Virus record (IMG/VR): IMGVR_UViG_3300020016_000008
Span: 1 to 49,886 of that record
Reading direction: 5' to 3' (one strand)
Length of the DNA: 49,886 bases
Source of the DNA: a virus
Taxonomy: Duplodnaviria; Caudoviricetes
In this document: positions 1 to 8,446 of the stretch, one piece after another
Layout of the letters: every line of letters starts with the position of its first letter
Numbering within the stretch: the stretch's first letter is position 1
Made by a program: the position numbers and the translations under genes
Notes under the pieces: model-generated
What the model was told of the DNA's origin: nothing
The model's input: the letters and a program-made list of their open reading frames with translations, nothing else
The model's database searches: none

Positions 1-47
1 GTTATACCTCGGCGGGATTTTTATTTTTGACCACCCCCCCCTGGAGG

Positions 48-380
48 TCACGACTTCAGCCGTCGAGCTCGAGCGGCCGCGCTCTTGCGCTCGTGATGCG
101 CGAAGCAAAGGCATTGCCCATTGTTGAGGTCGAGCAATGAACCACCTTCACGAAGCTCGACTATGTGGTCGGCGAACATGCGGTGCTCGGGCTGTGCCTT
201 GCTGCACCTGTGCCCGTTGTCGAGGGCCTCGCACCGACCATTGGCACGGGCCAGTACCTGGGCCCGCCAGGCTCGGTGCTCAGGCGTCAGGTAGTGCGGG
301 TCGGCATGCTTGGGTGGCAGCCTGGTAGTGCTGCTATCGATGGTGCTCACCAGGGGCCCGAGGATCCGCAGCTTGGTCAT
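48..380 (-). CDS. HNH endonuclease (terminase-associated, HK97 gp74-like)
   Basis: C..C, ADHIVE...GG...NGQCLCFAHH motif; lies just upstream of cos/terS when the ends are joined. Confidence 0.9.
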   Translation of the reverse strand: MTKLRILGPLVSTIDSSTTRLPPKHADPHYLTPEHRAWRAQVLARANGRCEALDNGHRCSKAQPEHRMFADHIVELREGGSLLDLNNGQCLCFAHHERKSAAARARRLKS

Positions 381-557
381 CGGATAGCATGCCCTTTGCG
401 CCCGCTAGGAGGCAGGTACATTCGCTAAAACGGGGACGGGGTAGGGGTGGGATAGGGCAGGCCGCGAACCGCACCAGCGGCCTCGCCAGAGGCCGTGTCG
501 GTCTTCTCCACCATGTCGGGAAATCGGGCAAATCTGGTACCATACGTTTTATAATTG

Positions 558-1043
558 TCAAGTCACGGGCTGACTTTGCCGATTGAGTTCGAGCGCGATG
601 ATGTGGGCGCCGGCGGTGGCGTAGCGGTAGAAGGTTGACCGCGACCATCGGCGTTCCAATAGCAGCCGGCGCAAAGACCGTTGATAGGCGACAGCCGTTG
701 CCCACTGCATCAGGCATAGCCTTTCCTCTGGATACGGGGCGAGAATGACTCGCAGCCAATCGTGCGCTGCGTCCATCCGTGAAATATCCTCCGCAGACGC
801 GGCAATGTTCGACTGTTCCCAGGATTGCCAGACCTGCTCGCGAGCGGAATCGGCACGCCCGACCAGATCGACAAATTCAACGACCATTCCTGGCCATGCA
901 CTAGCGATGCTTCGCCGACGTGAACGCGGCAGCCGCCGTTCCACCGAATAGGCTTCGATCAGCCGCCGCTGGACCCAGGCGCCGGACCATTGGGGCGGCG
1001 CCGCGCCTCGGCTATCGATGGCGATTGTGCTTAGGCGCGGCAT
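558..1043 (-). CDS. putative late transcriptional regulator (DUF6362-like, C-terminal HTH)
   Basis: W...V..RL.EA....RRLP N-terminus and C-terminal SRSTFYR helix; Q-like position at the end of the early operon. Confidence 0.55.
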   Translation of the reverse strand: MPRLSTIAIDSRGAAPPQWSGAWVQRRLIEAYSVERRLPRSRRRSIASAWPGMVVEFVDLVGRADSAREQVWQSWEQSNIAASAEDISRMDAAHDWLRVILAPYPEERLCLMQWATAVAYQRSLRRLLLERRWSRSTFYRYATAGAHIIALELNRQSQPVT

Positions 1044-1059
1044 TGCGTTTGCTCGACTA

Positions 1060-1323
1060 TCATGGATCGCACTCCAGCACTTTGCGGATGTCGACGGCGA
1101 TGGTTGTCTTGGCGCGCTGGCTCTTTGGCGCCGGATATTTCATCGCGAGATAGTCGAGCGGCTGTGCGACGTCGTGCGCTGGCACCGTGACGATGGCCAG
1201 GACGCGCCCGCTCGTTTCCGACCAATAGTCCGACCCGACTGCTTGCGGCCGCTCGGACCAGCGCTGCAGCTCGGGCCCTTTCGTGCCCTGCACCCAGACG
1301 ACGAAGCCGGCGGGTGCGGTCAC
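1060..1323 (-). CDS. hypothetical protein
   Basis: GTG start abutting the upstream stop; compact operon packing. Confidence 0.5.
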   Translation of the reverse strand: MTAPAGFVVWVQGTKGPELQRWSERPQAVGSDYWSETSGRVLAIVTVPAHDVAQPLDYLAMKYPAPKSQRAKTTIAVDIRKVLECDP

Positions 1324-1472
1324 TACCGCACCTCGTGCTTGCATACATTGGCGAGCGTGATCTTGCTGGCCTTCTTTGCCGACCGCGTTGCAGCCGACCG
1401 AATGTCTCGCTTGAGCAGCGCTAGCCGCGTCCATTTCGGACGCGCTCGCTTTGGCTTGTTGAAAGGTTTCAT
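1323..1472 (-). CDS. small basic hypothetical protein
   Basis: ATG overlapping the upstream stop codon. Confidence 0.45.
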   Translation of the reverse strand: MKPFNKPKRARPKWTRLALLKRDIRSAATRSAKKASKITLANVCKHEVR

Positions 1473-1669
1473 GCTTCGACCTCCCAGTTTAGGTCGTGTC
1501 GGATGACGAACTGGCAGCCCTGCTTGAGGCGAACGCGCAGCGCGCAAACGCCGTCGACGTTGATACGCGCGATGCGATCGGCCCCGAGCACGATCTCAAG
1601 CTGACGCGTCGCGATCACGCAGGTGTCCGAAAACTGATCGAGGTTGAGATCGTGATCGCTACCGACCAT
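1469..1669 (-). CDS. hypothetical protein
   Basis: GGAGG RBS upstream of ATG; coupled to the next gene. Confidence 0.5.
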   Translation of the reverse strand: MVGSDHDLNLDQFSDTCVIATRQLEIVLGADRIARINVDGVCALRVRLKQGCQFVIRHDLNWEVEA

Positions 1670-1692
1670 TGCAGCCTCCCGAGGCCAGCAGG

Positions 1693-1782
1693 TCATGGCC
1701 ACACCATGACCATGACGACAACGGCGCCGGCCGCGATGACCAGCGCCCAGATCACCAGGACCATGCGCGCATGAGTTTCCAT
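1693..1782 (-). CDS. 29-aa single-TM peptide
   Basis: METHARMVLVIWALVIAAGAVVVMVMVWP; similar to the peptide at 46096-46173. Confidence 0.45.
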   Translation of the reverse strand: METHARMVLVIWALVIAAGAVVVMVMVWP

Positions 1783-1906
1783 TTATGTCTTATCTTCCTT
1801 CGTTATGAGCGCGTGTTTGGAGACCAGAGGACACCCGACCCCCAGAAGGGAGGGGTGTGTATACACCCCCGACCTCTTCTTCTGGGGTCGGGGTAGGGGT
1901 CTGGGG

Positions 1907-2191
1907 ATGTGTAGAGTAGGACTGGCGCACCCTGGAACCGATGTGGAGTAGGGTGTGGCGCACCCCCCCAAACGTAGGTTTTATGCGGGTTTCTGCGATT
2001 TTCGATGTGGAGTAGGGTGTGGCGCAGTAGGATGTGGCGCACCCACGCAAGCCATTGAATACAAAGCACTCTGTTGATGTGGAGTAGGGTGTGGCGCACC
2101 CCCCTTTTTTCGCCACATGGCATGTGGAGTAGGGTGTGAGCGCACCCTGGAACCGATGTGGAGTAGGGTGTGGAGTAGTATGTGGCGCACC
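1907..2191. repeat. iteron-like direct repeats (ATGTGGAGTAGGGTGTGGCGCA), putative replication origin
   Basis: Near-identical copies start at 1941, 2005, 2077, 2122 and 2156, plus partial copies, immediately downstream of the AAA helicase gene. Confidence 0.75.
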
Positions 2192-2194
2192 CCC

Positions 2195-3616
2195 TCACAG
2201 CAGCGATCCCCCGGCATAGAGGCATGGACTCTGCCTCGACGGTGCCAAACTTTTCGGTCCCTTGCCCACGTAGATTCTGTCCCTTTCGAGCAGCTCATCC
2301 ATTGCAACGCGCAACAGCCGCTTGCGCGTACTGGGGCGCCCGAGCACCTTGGCCTCGGGCATATCGGCGAAGATCGCAGGCGCGAAATTGCGTGCGGTAT
2401 GTGTGGCGGCGACGGTCAAGTCCTGTCTGTTGTAGCGACCCAGCAGCGCCAGAAAAATCGACTGCGCTTCGGCTCCCAGCGACATGCGTTGCATCGGTGT
2501 CGGCGTTGCCTCGTTGAGCAGCAGGCCGTTCTTCCAGGTCAGCCGCACCGGCTCGGCGATTGCGGAATAGTTGGCCTTCATGGTTTCGAGGATGCGCACC
2601 GGGGACTCGTCGTCGTCCTCATCCTCGGCATCTTTTTTCTTTGGCGACTTGAGGTAGAGGCGCGAGCGCACGCTGTTATTCCATGCGGTCGACCCTGACA
2701 GTCCACTGCCCGAGTGAATGCCGGCCAGACTTGGATGCGACAGCAAGATCACCGCGGCGTCGACCAAGAGCGCGAGGCCGCGCAACAGCGAGATGCACTG
2801 GCGCACCTCGGTGCGGCTGCGCTCGTCGACGATGAAGACGTCGGCCGCGGTGTCGATGCCGATCCAACGTGGCCGCATCTCCAGCGCGCTGCGCTCGAGC
2901 TGCTTGAACAGCTCGGTAGGCTGCACGATGCCCTTGTGGTTGACCGCCGCCATGACGGCATCGCCGCCGGCGAGCGACTTGAGGTGCAGGCCCGATAGCT
3001 CGTTGAAGTCAACGCCATAGTGCTGCGCGATCTTGTGATAGCGAAAGTGGAGCTCGTCCTCGTCGTCCTCGGCGGTGACGAAAATGACCGGGCCAGGATC
3101 CGGCATCGAGCCTATCCAATCGCGCCCGATGACGGTGGCGACCGAGAGCTGCTGCATGAGCAGGGTTTTGCCGACGCCGCCTTCACCGGTCAGCAGCGTG
3201 ACGTTGCGCGCTGGGATGCGGTCGGGCACGACCCACATCCGCGGCCGCGGCTCGACACCACTCCAGCGAACGATGTTGATGAATGTCAGCGGCTGAGGCG
3301 CCGGCCGTTTGTCGTGACCGTTGGTCGCCGGCCTGTCGTCATCGAGGGGTGTGCGCTCGGCCGGCACATCGCGGAACGCGTCGGCGATGATCTGTTGCAC
3401 GGCATCGACGTTGGTGAGGCCGTGCGCGGTGGCGATGTCCTGCAGCTGGTCGACGGCCTCGACGCGGTCGAGCCCCTTGGGCACATAGCGCGCGATCTCG
3501 AAAGCAGCATCCTCGAACACGCGCCAGCGGCCTTGTTCGTCGGGCATCGCCGCCATCAGCTTTCGCCATGACGCAACGCCTTGCGCGAATTGGCCGAGGC
3601 TGTCCGTCATAGCCAC
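2195..3616 (-). CDS. RecA-family AAA ATPase / RepA-type replicative helicase
   Basis: Walker A GEGGVGKT, VTAEDD, Walker B IGIDT, and the LLSHPS..SGSTAWNNSVRSR motif. Confidence 0.9.
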   Translation of the reverse strand: MAMTDSLGQFAQGVASWRKLMAAMPDEQGRWRVFEDAAFEIARYVPKGLDRVEAVDQLQDIATAHGLTNVDAVQQIIADAFRDVPAERTPLDDDRPATNGHDKRPAPQPLTFINIVRWSGVEPRPRMWVVPDRIPARNVTLLTGEGGVGKTLLMQQLSVATVIGRDWIGSMPDPGPVIFVTAEDDEDELHFRYHKIAQHYGVDFNELSGLHLKSLAGGDAVMAAVNHKGIVQPTELFKQLERSALEMRPRWIGIDTAADVFIVDERSRTEVRQCISLLRGLALLVDAAVILLSHPSLAGIHSGSGLSGSTAWNNSVRSRLYLKSPKKKDAEDEDDDESPVRILETMKANYSAIAEPVRLTWKNGLLLNEATPTPMQRMSLGAEAQSIFLALLGRYNRQDLTVAATHTARNFAPAIFADMPEAKVLGRPSTRKRLLRVAMDELLERDRIYVGKGPKSLAPSRQSPCLYAGGSLL

Positions 3617-4260
3617 GACTCCTGCACCGGCGGCGCTGGACGCGCGATGAAGAGATCGGGCTGGCGGCTGCCCTCCTCGATGCGGCGGCAGGCAATGTCG
3701 AAATATTTTGGCTCGATCTCGATCCCGATGAACTTACGCCCAAGCTTCACCGCTGCAACGCCTGTCGTGCCAGAGCCCATGAATGGGTCGAGGATCGTGC
3801 GGGCGTCAGGCAGAAGCGCGAGGCACCATTTCATTAAGTCCAAAGGCTTTTGTGTCGGGTGTTCCCGAACGTATGATCCGCCTGTTGGCGCCTCGAAACG
3901 TCGAGCGGGCGCGTCAAGATTTGTCCACGCCAATTCCATGTCGGCCTGCGTGGGTACTGAATTGGTTTTTGCCCAAGCCAACCAACAGCGGCTAGGTGGC
4001 AGCGGAAAGTAATTTCCTCCCCACAATATAACCAGACGGCCCGCTTTTATGACGCCCTCTAAGTCCGGAGCGGTCATGTCCCAGGCATTGCCGCCAGCAA
4101 GATGATTCCAATGGCCCGTATTTGCGCCGCCCTTCATTAAGGCGCCAATACCATAAGGCGGATCAGTCACCACAGCATCGACCTTGCCCAACGTCGGCAA
4201 GATGTCCCGGCAATCGCCCAGGTACAGGGTCGCGGGCCCGATCGTCTCGATGCGGCTCAT
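3607..4260 (-). CDS. DNA methyltransferase (beta class, N6A/N4C)
   Basis: VVTDPPY, HPTQKP and LDPFMGSGTTG motifs. Confidence 0.92.
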   Translation of the reverse strand: MSRIETIGPATLYLGDCRDILPTLGKVDAVVTDPPYGIGALMKGGANTGHWNHLAGGNAWDMTAPDLEGVIKAGRLVILWGGNYFPLPPSRCWLAWAKTNSVPTQADMELAWTNLDAPARRFEAPTGGSYVREHPTQKPLDLMKWCLALLPDARTILDPFMGSGTTGVAAVKLGRKFIGIEIEPKYFDIACRRIEEGSRQPDLFIARPAPPVQESWL

Positions 4261-4463
4261 AGCTCGGCCACTCCAGCGAACGCCTGCTTGATGATGCCGA
4301 AGGCGCCGTCGGCGCCGACCTTATCGATGACGCCGCTGTCGAGCGCGTATTGCAGCAACGGCTGGATGGCCTGCTCGAGGTCGAACTCGCATGTTGCATA
4401 GAGCAGTGCTCGCGCCTCGGCGCGGGCCTGCAGGACTAGCAACGGGGCCACGTCGTCGATCAT
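4257..4463 (-). CDS. hypothetical protein
   Basis: ATGA-coupled to both neighbours. Confidence 0.65.
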   Translation of the reverse strand: MIDDVAPLLVLQARAEARALLYATCEFDLEQAIQPLLQYALDSGVIDKVGADGAFGIIKQAFAGVAEL

Positions 4464-4729
4464 GGCCGCTGCTCCTGCTGCGTTCGCCTCGGCGAGAACT
4501 CGCCCCGCAAGCGCTCGACCGCTGCCCGCATTTGCGGGTTCTGCTTAGCGACGAGCACGAGGCGATAGACCTCATCAAGGCTTTCGCCCAAACCAGAAAC
4601 GAGATAGCCGTCCCACGCGAAACTGGGGCTTATGTGGATCGTGCGCAGGCGCTCGATCTCGGCGGCGGCCTCTACATTGAGCTTGCTCCCCTCACGCCGA
4701 AGCCGGCCGATAATATCATTGTCGATCAT
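4460..4729 (-). CDS. hypothetical protein
   Basis: ATGA coupling; typical phage 'DII.RLR...EAAAEIERLR' segment. Confidence 0.6.
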   Translation of the reverse strand: MIDNDIIGRLRREGSKLNVEAAAEIERLRTIHISPSFAWDGYLVSGLGESLDEVYRLVLVAKQNPQMRAAVERLRGEFSPRRTQQEQRP

Positions 4730-4911
4730 GGCCGCAGCTCCCGCGGCTCGACCGGCTTGCACTCGCACAGCCAGGCACCCAAAAAACACCACACACCATG
4801 CGGCGTCTGCTCGAACGCGTCGGCGATGCACCATCCGAGGCGGCAATAGTCTTCCGCGCACTCGTGCGGTACATAGCGCGCGCATTGCGTGACGTGGCGC
4901 CAGGAGATCAT
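4726..4911 (-). CDS. hypothetical protein
   Basis: ATGA coupling at both ends. Confidence 0.6.
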   Translation of the reverse strand: MISWRHVTQCARYVPHECAEDYCRLGWCIADAFEQTPHGVWCFLGAWLCECKPVEPRELRP

Positions 4912-4921
4912 TCGGCGGCCT
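4883..4921. repeat. 39-bp direct repeat, copy 1
   Basis: CATTGCGTGACGTGGCGCCAGGAGATCATTCGGCGGCCT is identical at 6096-6134. Confidence 0.95.
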
Positions 4922-6098
4922 CGCGGTGGATGTCTGCGAACATGCCGGCGTCGGCGCCGATGCGCCGCTCGATCATCGCGGCATAGGTCGGGTTGAGTTC
5001 GATCAGGATGGCGTCGCGGCCCAACCGGTCGGCGACGAGGCCGGTGGTGCCGGCGCCGGCGAATGGGTCGAGGACGGTGCAGGGGACGGCAGCAGCGTTG
5101 CAGGAGCAGGATGGCGACCAGCCGGTTGTCTTGCGCGGCGCCACCAAAACAAGATGGTCAGCATCCCATTGTCCATTCCCACCGCGATCCATTGGTCCAG
5201 CAGCCTTGCCTTCTTTGAGGCATCCGGTAGCGCCGCCAATTCGTATCGGTTCGCCCTTTGCACTCACCCGCACCCACGGCGCCCCGCACTTGGCGCAGCA
5301 TCCCTTCTCGCTGGTGCCGGCCTTGATGCACGGCTCGATCAGCGCCGACGGGAAGGTCGCGAAGTGGGCCTCGCTGTAGGGCTGGGTGGCCACTTCCCAA
5401 ACGCTGCGCTTGTTGCGCGTCTGGCCAGTCACGCCAATCTTTGAAAGGCCAGCCTTCATATGCTGATCATTCACGGCATCTGGATTGCATCTGTGACCAC
5501 CACCACGATCTTGCCCGGCGCTGATTGCGGACTCCGCAATCGCATCCGCGTCGTAGTAGTACCGCTCGCTCTTGCTCAGCAGGAACAGGTACTCGTGCGC
5601 CTTGGTGCAGCGGTCGCGCACGCTCTCGGGCATCGGGTTCGATTTCGACCAGATGATGTCCTGGCGCAGGTACCAGCCGTCGGCCTGCAGCGCGAAGGCG
5701 ACGCGCCAGGGAATGCCGATGAGGTCTTTGGGCTTGAGGCCAATTCGACTTGTGCGCCCGCGGACTTTATCAGTTTCATAGCTTTCCCGCCCATCGGTAC
5801 GGCCATTATCAAATACCGATCCGCCGGCCGCACCGCTATGTACATAGCTGTCGCCAAGATTGAGCCAAAGCGTTCCGTCCTTGCGCAGGACGCGGCGGAG
5901 CTCTCGGAAGATCGCGACGGCGTTCTCGACATAGAGCTGATAGGTGGGCTCAAGGCCGAAGGCATCCTTCCCGATGGCGTAGTCTCTCAAGCCCCAATAT
6001 GGCGGCGAGGTCACGACGCAATGCACCGACTCGCTCGGCAGCGTGCGCAGTACCTCGCGGCAGTCGCCTTTGTGGACCGTAATCATTGACGCGTCCAT
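4908..6098 (-). CDS. DNA methyltransferase (beta class, SPPY, likely N4-cytosine) with a Cys-rich insert
   Basis: VTSPPYWGLRDY, HFATFP and VLDPFAGAGTTG; CAKC...CSC insert before motif I. Confidence 0.93.
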   Translation of the reverse strand: MDASMITVHKGDCREVLRTLPSESVHCVVTSPPYWGLRDYAIGKDAFGLEPTYQLYVENAVAIFRELRRVLRKDGTLWLNLGDSYVHSGAAGGSVFDNGRTDGRESYETDKVRGRTSRIGLKPKDLIGIPWRVAFALQADGWYLRQDIIWSKSNPMPESVRDRCTKAHEYLFLLSKSERYYYDADAIAESAISAGQDRGGGHRCNPDAVNDQHMKAGLSKIGVTGQTRNKRSVWEVATQPYSEAHFATFPSALIEPCIKAGTSEKGCCAKCGAPWVRVSAKGEPIRIGGATGCLKEGKAAGPMDRGGNGQWDADHLVLVAPRKTTGWSPSCSCNAAAVPCTVLDPFAGAGTTGLVADRLGRDAILIELNPTYAAMIERRIGADAGMFADIHREAAE

Positions 6099-6134
6099 TG
6101 CGTGACGTGGCGCCAGGAGATCATTCGGCGGCCT
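6090..6134. repeat. direct repeat, copy 2
   Basis: Shares 39 bp with 4883-4921 and 34 bp with 6571-6604. Confidence 0.95.
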
Positions 6135-6318
6135 GATGCTTCCGTGCCTGCAGCCAGTGCTCGGCTTCCTCGATCTTGGTAATCGCCAGCGAACAGGCCC
6201 GGTGTCGACCTAGCTCCTCGATCTCAAGGCGCATCCGGGTTAAACTGATCGTCAGATTGTCGATCTTGTCGTCCTGCTCCGGCGTTAGTCCGTTGGAGAA
6301 GGTTACTGGGTTGCTCAT
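6121..6318 (-). CDS. Tad1/Acb2-like helical hairpin protein (candidate anti-defence sponge)
   Basis: R..SLAITKIEEAEHWL motif resembles the C-terminal helix of the Tad1/Acb2-like family; start could extend to 6360. Confidence 0.55.
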   Translation of the reverse strand: MSNPVTFSNGLTPEQDDKIDNLTISLTRMRLEIEELGRHRACSLAITKIEEAEHWLQARKHQAAE

Positions 6319-6538
6319 GGTTTTCTCGCTCCGTTTCTGCGCCATGGACAAGTCCTTCAAAGTAGGCCGATGCGATCACCTGCCAGAGTTCCAGCCGCAG
6401 CATGTTCCGCGCTGCCGATGGGCCACAGAGCCACCATAGGTTGGCAAACTGTTCGCGCGTCATTGGCATGCTTGAAAAATCGTCAAACGGCACGATCGGA
6501 ACCGACGGCCCGAATGCCACAAAGTGAGGCCTCTTCAC
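6224..6538 (-). CDS. hypothetical protein
   Basis: ORF fills the space between repeat copy 3 and the next gene; its 3' end overlaps that gene. Confidence 0.45.
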   Translation of the reverse strand: MKRPHFVAFGPSVPIVPFDDFSSMPMTREQFANLWWLCGPSAARNMLRLELWQVIASAYFEGLVHGAETERENHEQPSNLLQRTNAGAGRQDRQSDDQFNPDAP

Positions 6539-6570
6539 TTTAAAGCCATCCTTTCATCATGCTCGCCGAG

Positions 6571-6604
6571 CGCGTCCATTGCGTGACGTGGCGCCAGGAG
6601 ATCA
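6571..6604. repeat. direct repeat, copy 3
   Basis: CGCGTCCATTGCGTGACGTGGCGCCAGGAGATCA is identical to 6090-6123. Confidence 0.95.
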
Positions 6605-6784
6605 CTGCGGCAACTCCGCTCTCCACCGATGGCCGCAATGCGGGCATTCATAGGTAACGATGTCGCCACCCGGCCAACCGTCGCGCTGATCACCGACCTC
6701 ATGAGCATCAGCATGAACAACTGGCGTGCCCATTGACGGTACCCACGGCGTATTTTTTGAGCAGACGAATGGCATCTTGGTCAT
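6602..6784 (-). CDS. small zinc-ribbon-like protein
   Basis: C-terminal YECPHCGHRW. Confidence 0.6.
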   Translation of the reverse strand: MTKMPFVCSKNTPWVPSMGTPVVHADAHEVGDQRDGWPGGDIVTYECPHCGHRWRAELPQ

Positions 6785-6948
6785 TGCGACGGCGCCTTCT
6801 CTTCTGCCGCGGCTATCAGTTCACAAACCTTGTCGACCAGAAGATCCTTGCACTCTCGGAGTCTGCCCTCTTCCTTGCTGAGAACGGCGAGGCAAAGGTT
6901 TGTCATGTGCAGCCGCAGTTCGAGTTCAACGATTGCCCAGGAGGTCAT
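6781..6948 (-). CDS. hypothetical protein
   Basis: ATGA coupling at both ends. Confidence 0.5.
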   Translation of the reverse strand: MTSWAIVELELRLHMTNLCLAVLSKEEGRLRECKDLLVDKVCELIAAAEEKAPSQ

Positions 6949-7562
6949 GCGATTGCCCTCACGCGATGAAACAGCGGCGAGATGCGGATGGCCTGCTCGG
7001 GGTCTATGAGACCGCATGCATACGACCAGCAAGCGCACGCGTCCGCTGCATCGTCGTCGGCGGGTCCCTCTGGGACCCAGCCGAGCGATTTACACTTTCG
7101 CTGCACCATCATTTTCTGCTCGCCCCTGGCACACGTTTTCAGATCGATGAAGTGATTGCGGATGGACTGCACTTGATATTTGTAGACCTTGAACACGCCG
7201 CGCATGAAGCAGACGCCCATGATGATGCCGTGCAGGTGCGCGAGCAGATCGTGGTCGACGTTAGACTTGCCGCGGGTGACGTGCGGCGGCAGCAGGTCCT
7301 CGATCGCCACGACGTCGGGCAGCGGCGGCTTGATGGTGTCGATTGCCCACTCCATCGCGCGCCCACAGATGGCGAGCTGTGAGGCACCCGGCTTACCGAA
7401 CCGCACTGAGCCGCACTGCGGGCCGTCGGGCCCTACCGGGCCGCGGGCCCAGCCGCACACCGATGCAATGTCGAGGGCGAGCAGGTCGGTCACGAGACCG
7501 CCTCCTCGATCGCGCTTTCCTTTCACGCGAGCGGTGTAGCTATCGCTGATTGGTCCCGGCAT
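6945..7562 (-). CDS. RuvC-like Holliday junction resolvase
   Basis: LLALD..GWA, VAIED and DDAADA acidic motifs; start uncertain (7493 GTG or 7562 ATG). Confidence 0.8.
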   Translation of the reverse strand: MPGPISDSYTARVKGKRDRGGGLVTDLLALDIASVCGWARGPVGPDGPQCGSVRFGKPGASQLAICGRAMEWAIDTIKPPLPDVVAIEDLLPPHVTRGKSNVDHDLLAHLHGIIMGVCFMRGVFKVYKYQVQSIRNHFIDLKTCARGEQKMMVQRKCKSLGWVPEGPADDDAADACACWSYACGLIDPEQAIRISPLFHRVRAIA

Positions 7563-7564
7563 GG

Positions 7565-7696
7565 TCAGGCCCCCTTGCGGAATTCTATGACGACCCCGAC
7601 GCACGGTAGCGGCAGGACATAGAGCTTGCGCGCCTTGCGGTCCCAAAAGACCCCGATCCACAGGTCGTACCAAGCGAAGAGGGGTTTTACGGTCAT
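7565..7696 (-). CDS. small phage protein (43 aa), missed by the ORF track
   Basis: MTVKPLFAWYDLWIGVFWDRKARKLYVLPLPCVGVVIEFRKGA; purine-rich GGGAGGG upstream. Confidence 0.65.
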   Translation of the reverse strand: MTVKPLFAWYDLWIGVFWDRKARKLYVLPLPCVGVVIEFRKGA

Positions 7697-7767
7697 GGCT
7701 CAGCGCCCTCCCTCGAATGGGGCCATCTCGCCCGGCTTCCGCCCATCAGACGGCTCTTGGCCCTGGC

Positions 7768-7998
7768 TCAATCCAGCCGAAAGAGCAGCGGCTGCTCCGA
7801 AGTGAATTGCAGTTCGGCCGCGGCGATTTCGCTGCGCAGCGCCGCAAACATCTTATCGATCTGCTCGGGCTCATAGTCGTAACTTCCCCGGCGCGAGAGC
7901 TTGCCAATGCGTCGAATGGTTTTCATAGCCAGCGTTACTCGTTTTTCCGCCAAGGACCGAAACTTCAAAGCTTTGCCGTTTGTGGTATGGGCATCCAT
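7768..7998 (-). CDS. conserved hypothetical protein
   Basis: F..LAEKRV......IR.IG.LS...Y.Y..EQI..MF.AL pattern; AGGAGG RBS. Confidence 0.7.
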   Translation of the reverse strand: MDAHTTNGKALKFRSLAEKRVTLAMKTIRRIGKLSRRGSYDYEPEQIDKMFAALRSEIAAAELQFTSEQPLLFRLD

Positions 7999-8024
7999 TG
8001 AACGTGTCCTCCTCCTTCGAGTGC

Positions 8025-8306
8025 TCATGCCGCTGTGCTCCGTCGCCGCCGCCGCAGGAACCACCGCCTTCGATCCGATGCGATGACCCAGTCGGTCGAG
8101 GTCAGCATCTCGATGTGCGCCTTGAGCGTGGTCATGCTGATCGGCTTGCGATCGAAATACAGCTCGCGCACCAAGCTCTCCGATGATCTGCCGAGGTCGC
8201 CCGACCACTTGATACGGTCAACGATTGCCGCCTTCAGCGGCGTCAGGGTGACGCCCAGGCGCTCATGCACGATCGGCTGGTGGCAGTGGGGGTAGACCGC
8301 CGTCAT
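8025..8306 (-). CDS. putative winged-helix-like protein
   Basis: LTP....IVD.I ... TTLKAHI pattern; possibly degenerate. Confidence 0.45.
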   Translation of the reverse strand: MTAVYPHCHQPIVHERLGVTLTPLKAAIVDRIKWSGDLGRSSESLVRELYFDRKPISMTTLKAHIEMLTSTDWVIASDRRRWFLRRRRRSTAA

Positions 8307-8338
8307 GGCGGGCCCTCCGGGGCATTTGAGGAAAAAGG

Positions 8339-8434
8339 GCGCGCGGCACCTCGCGATTGGGCATCAAAGCGCCTGTGGCCGGGCGCGCGCAGTCGCATAG
8401 CTTCTCTGGGCATCACGACACCCTTGGCGACCGC
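8339..8434 (-). ncRNA. TIGR-like satellite array (2 stem-loop units)
   Basis: Minus strand reads GCGGTCG-CCA-AGGGTGTCG-TGATGCCCA-GAGAAGCTA-TG-CGACTGC then GCGCCCGG-CCA-CAGGCGCTT-TGATGCCCA-ATCGCGAGG-TG-CCGCGCGC. Confidence 0.9.
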
Positions 8435-8446
8435 GATTGGCATTGG

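Noticed and set aside
1783-2307. ORFs with CATPYST / RHTLLH repeats
   Set aside because: Translations of the iteron repeats in several frames
7718-7766. Possible degenerate guide unit on the minus strand (CCA-N9-TGATG)
   Set aside because: Loop repeat, second spacer length and stem do not fit the consensus
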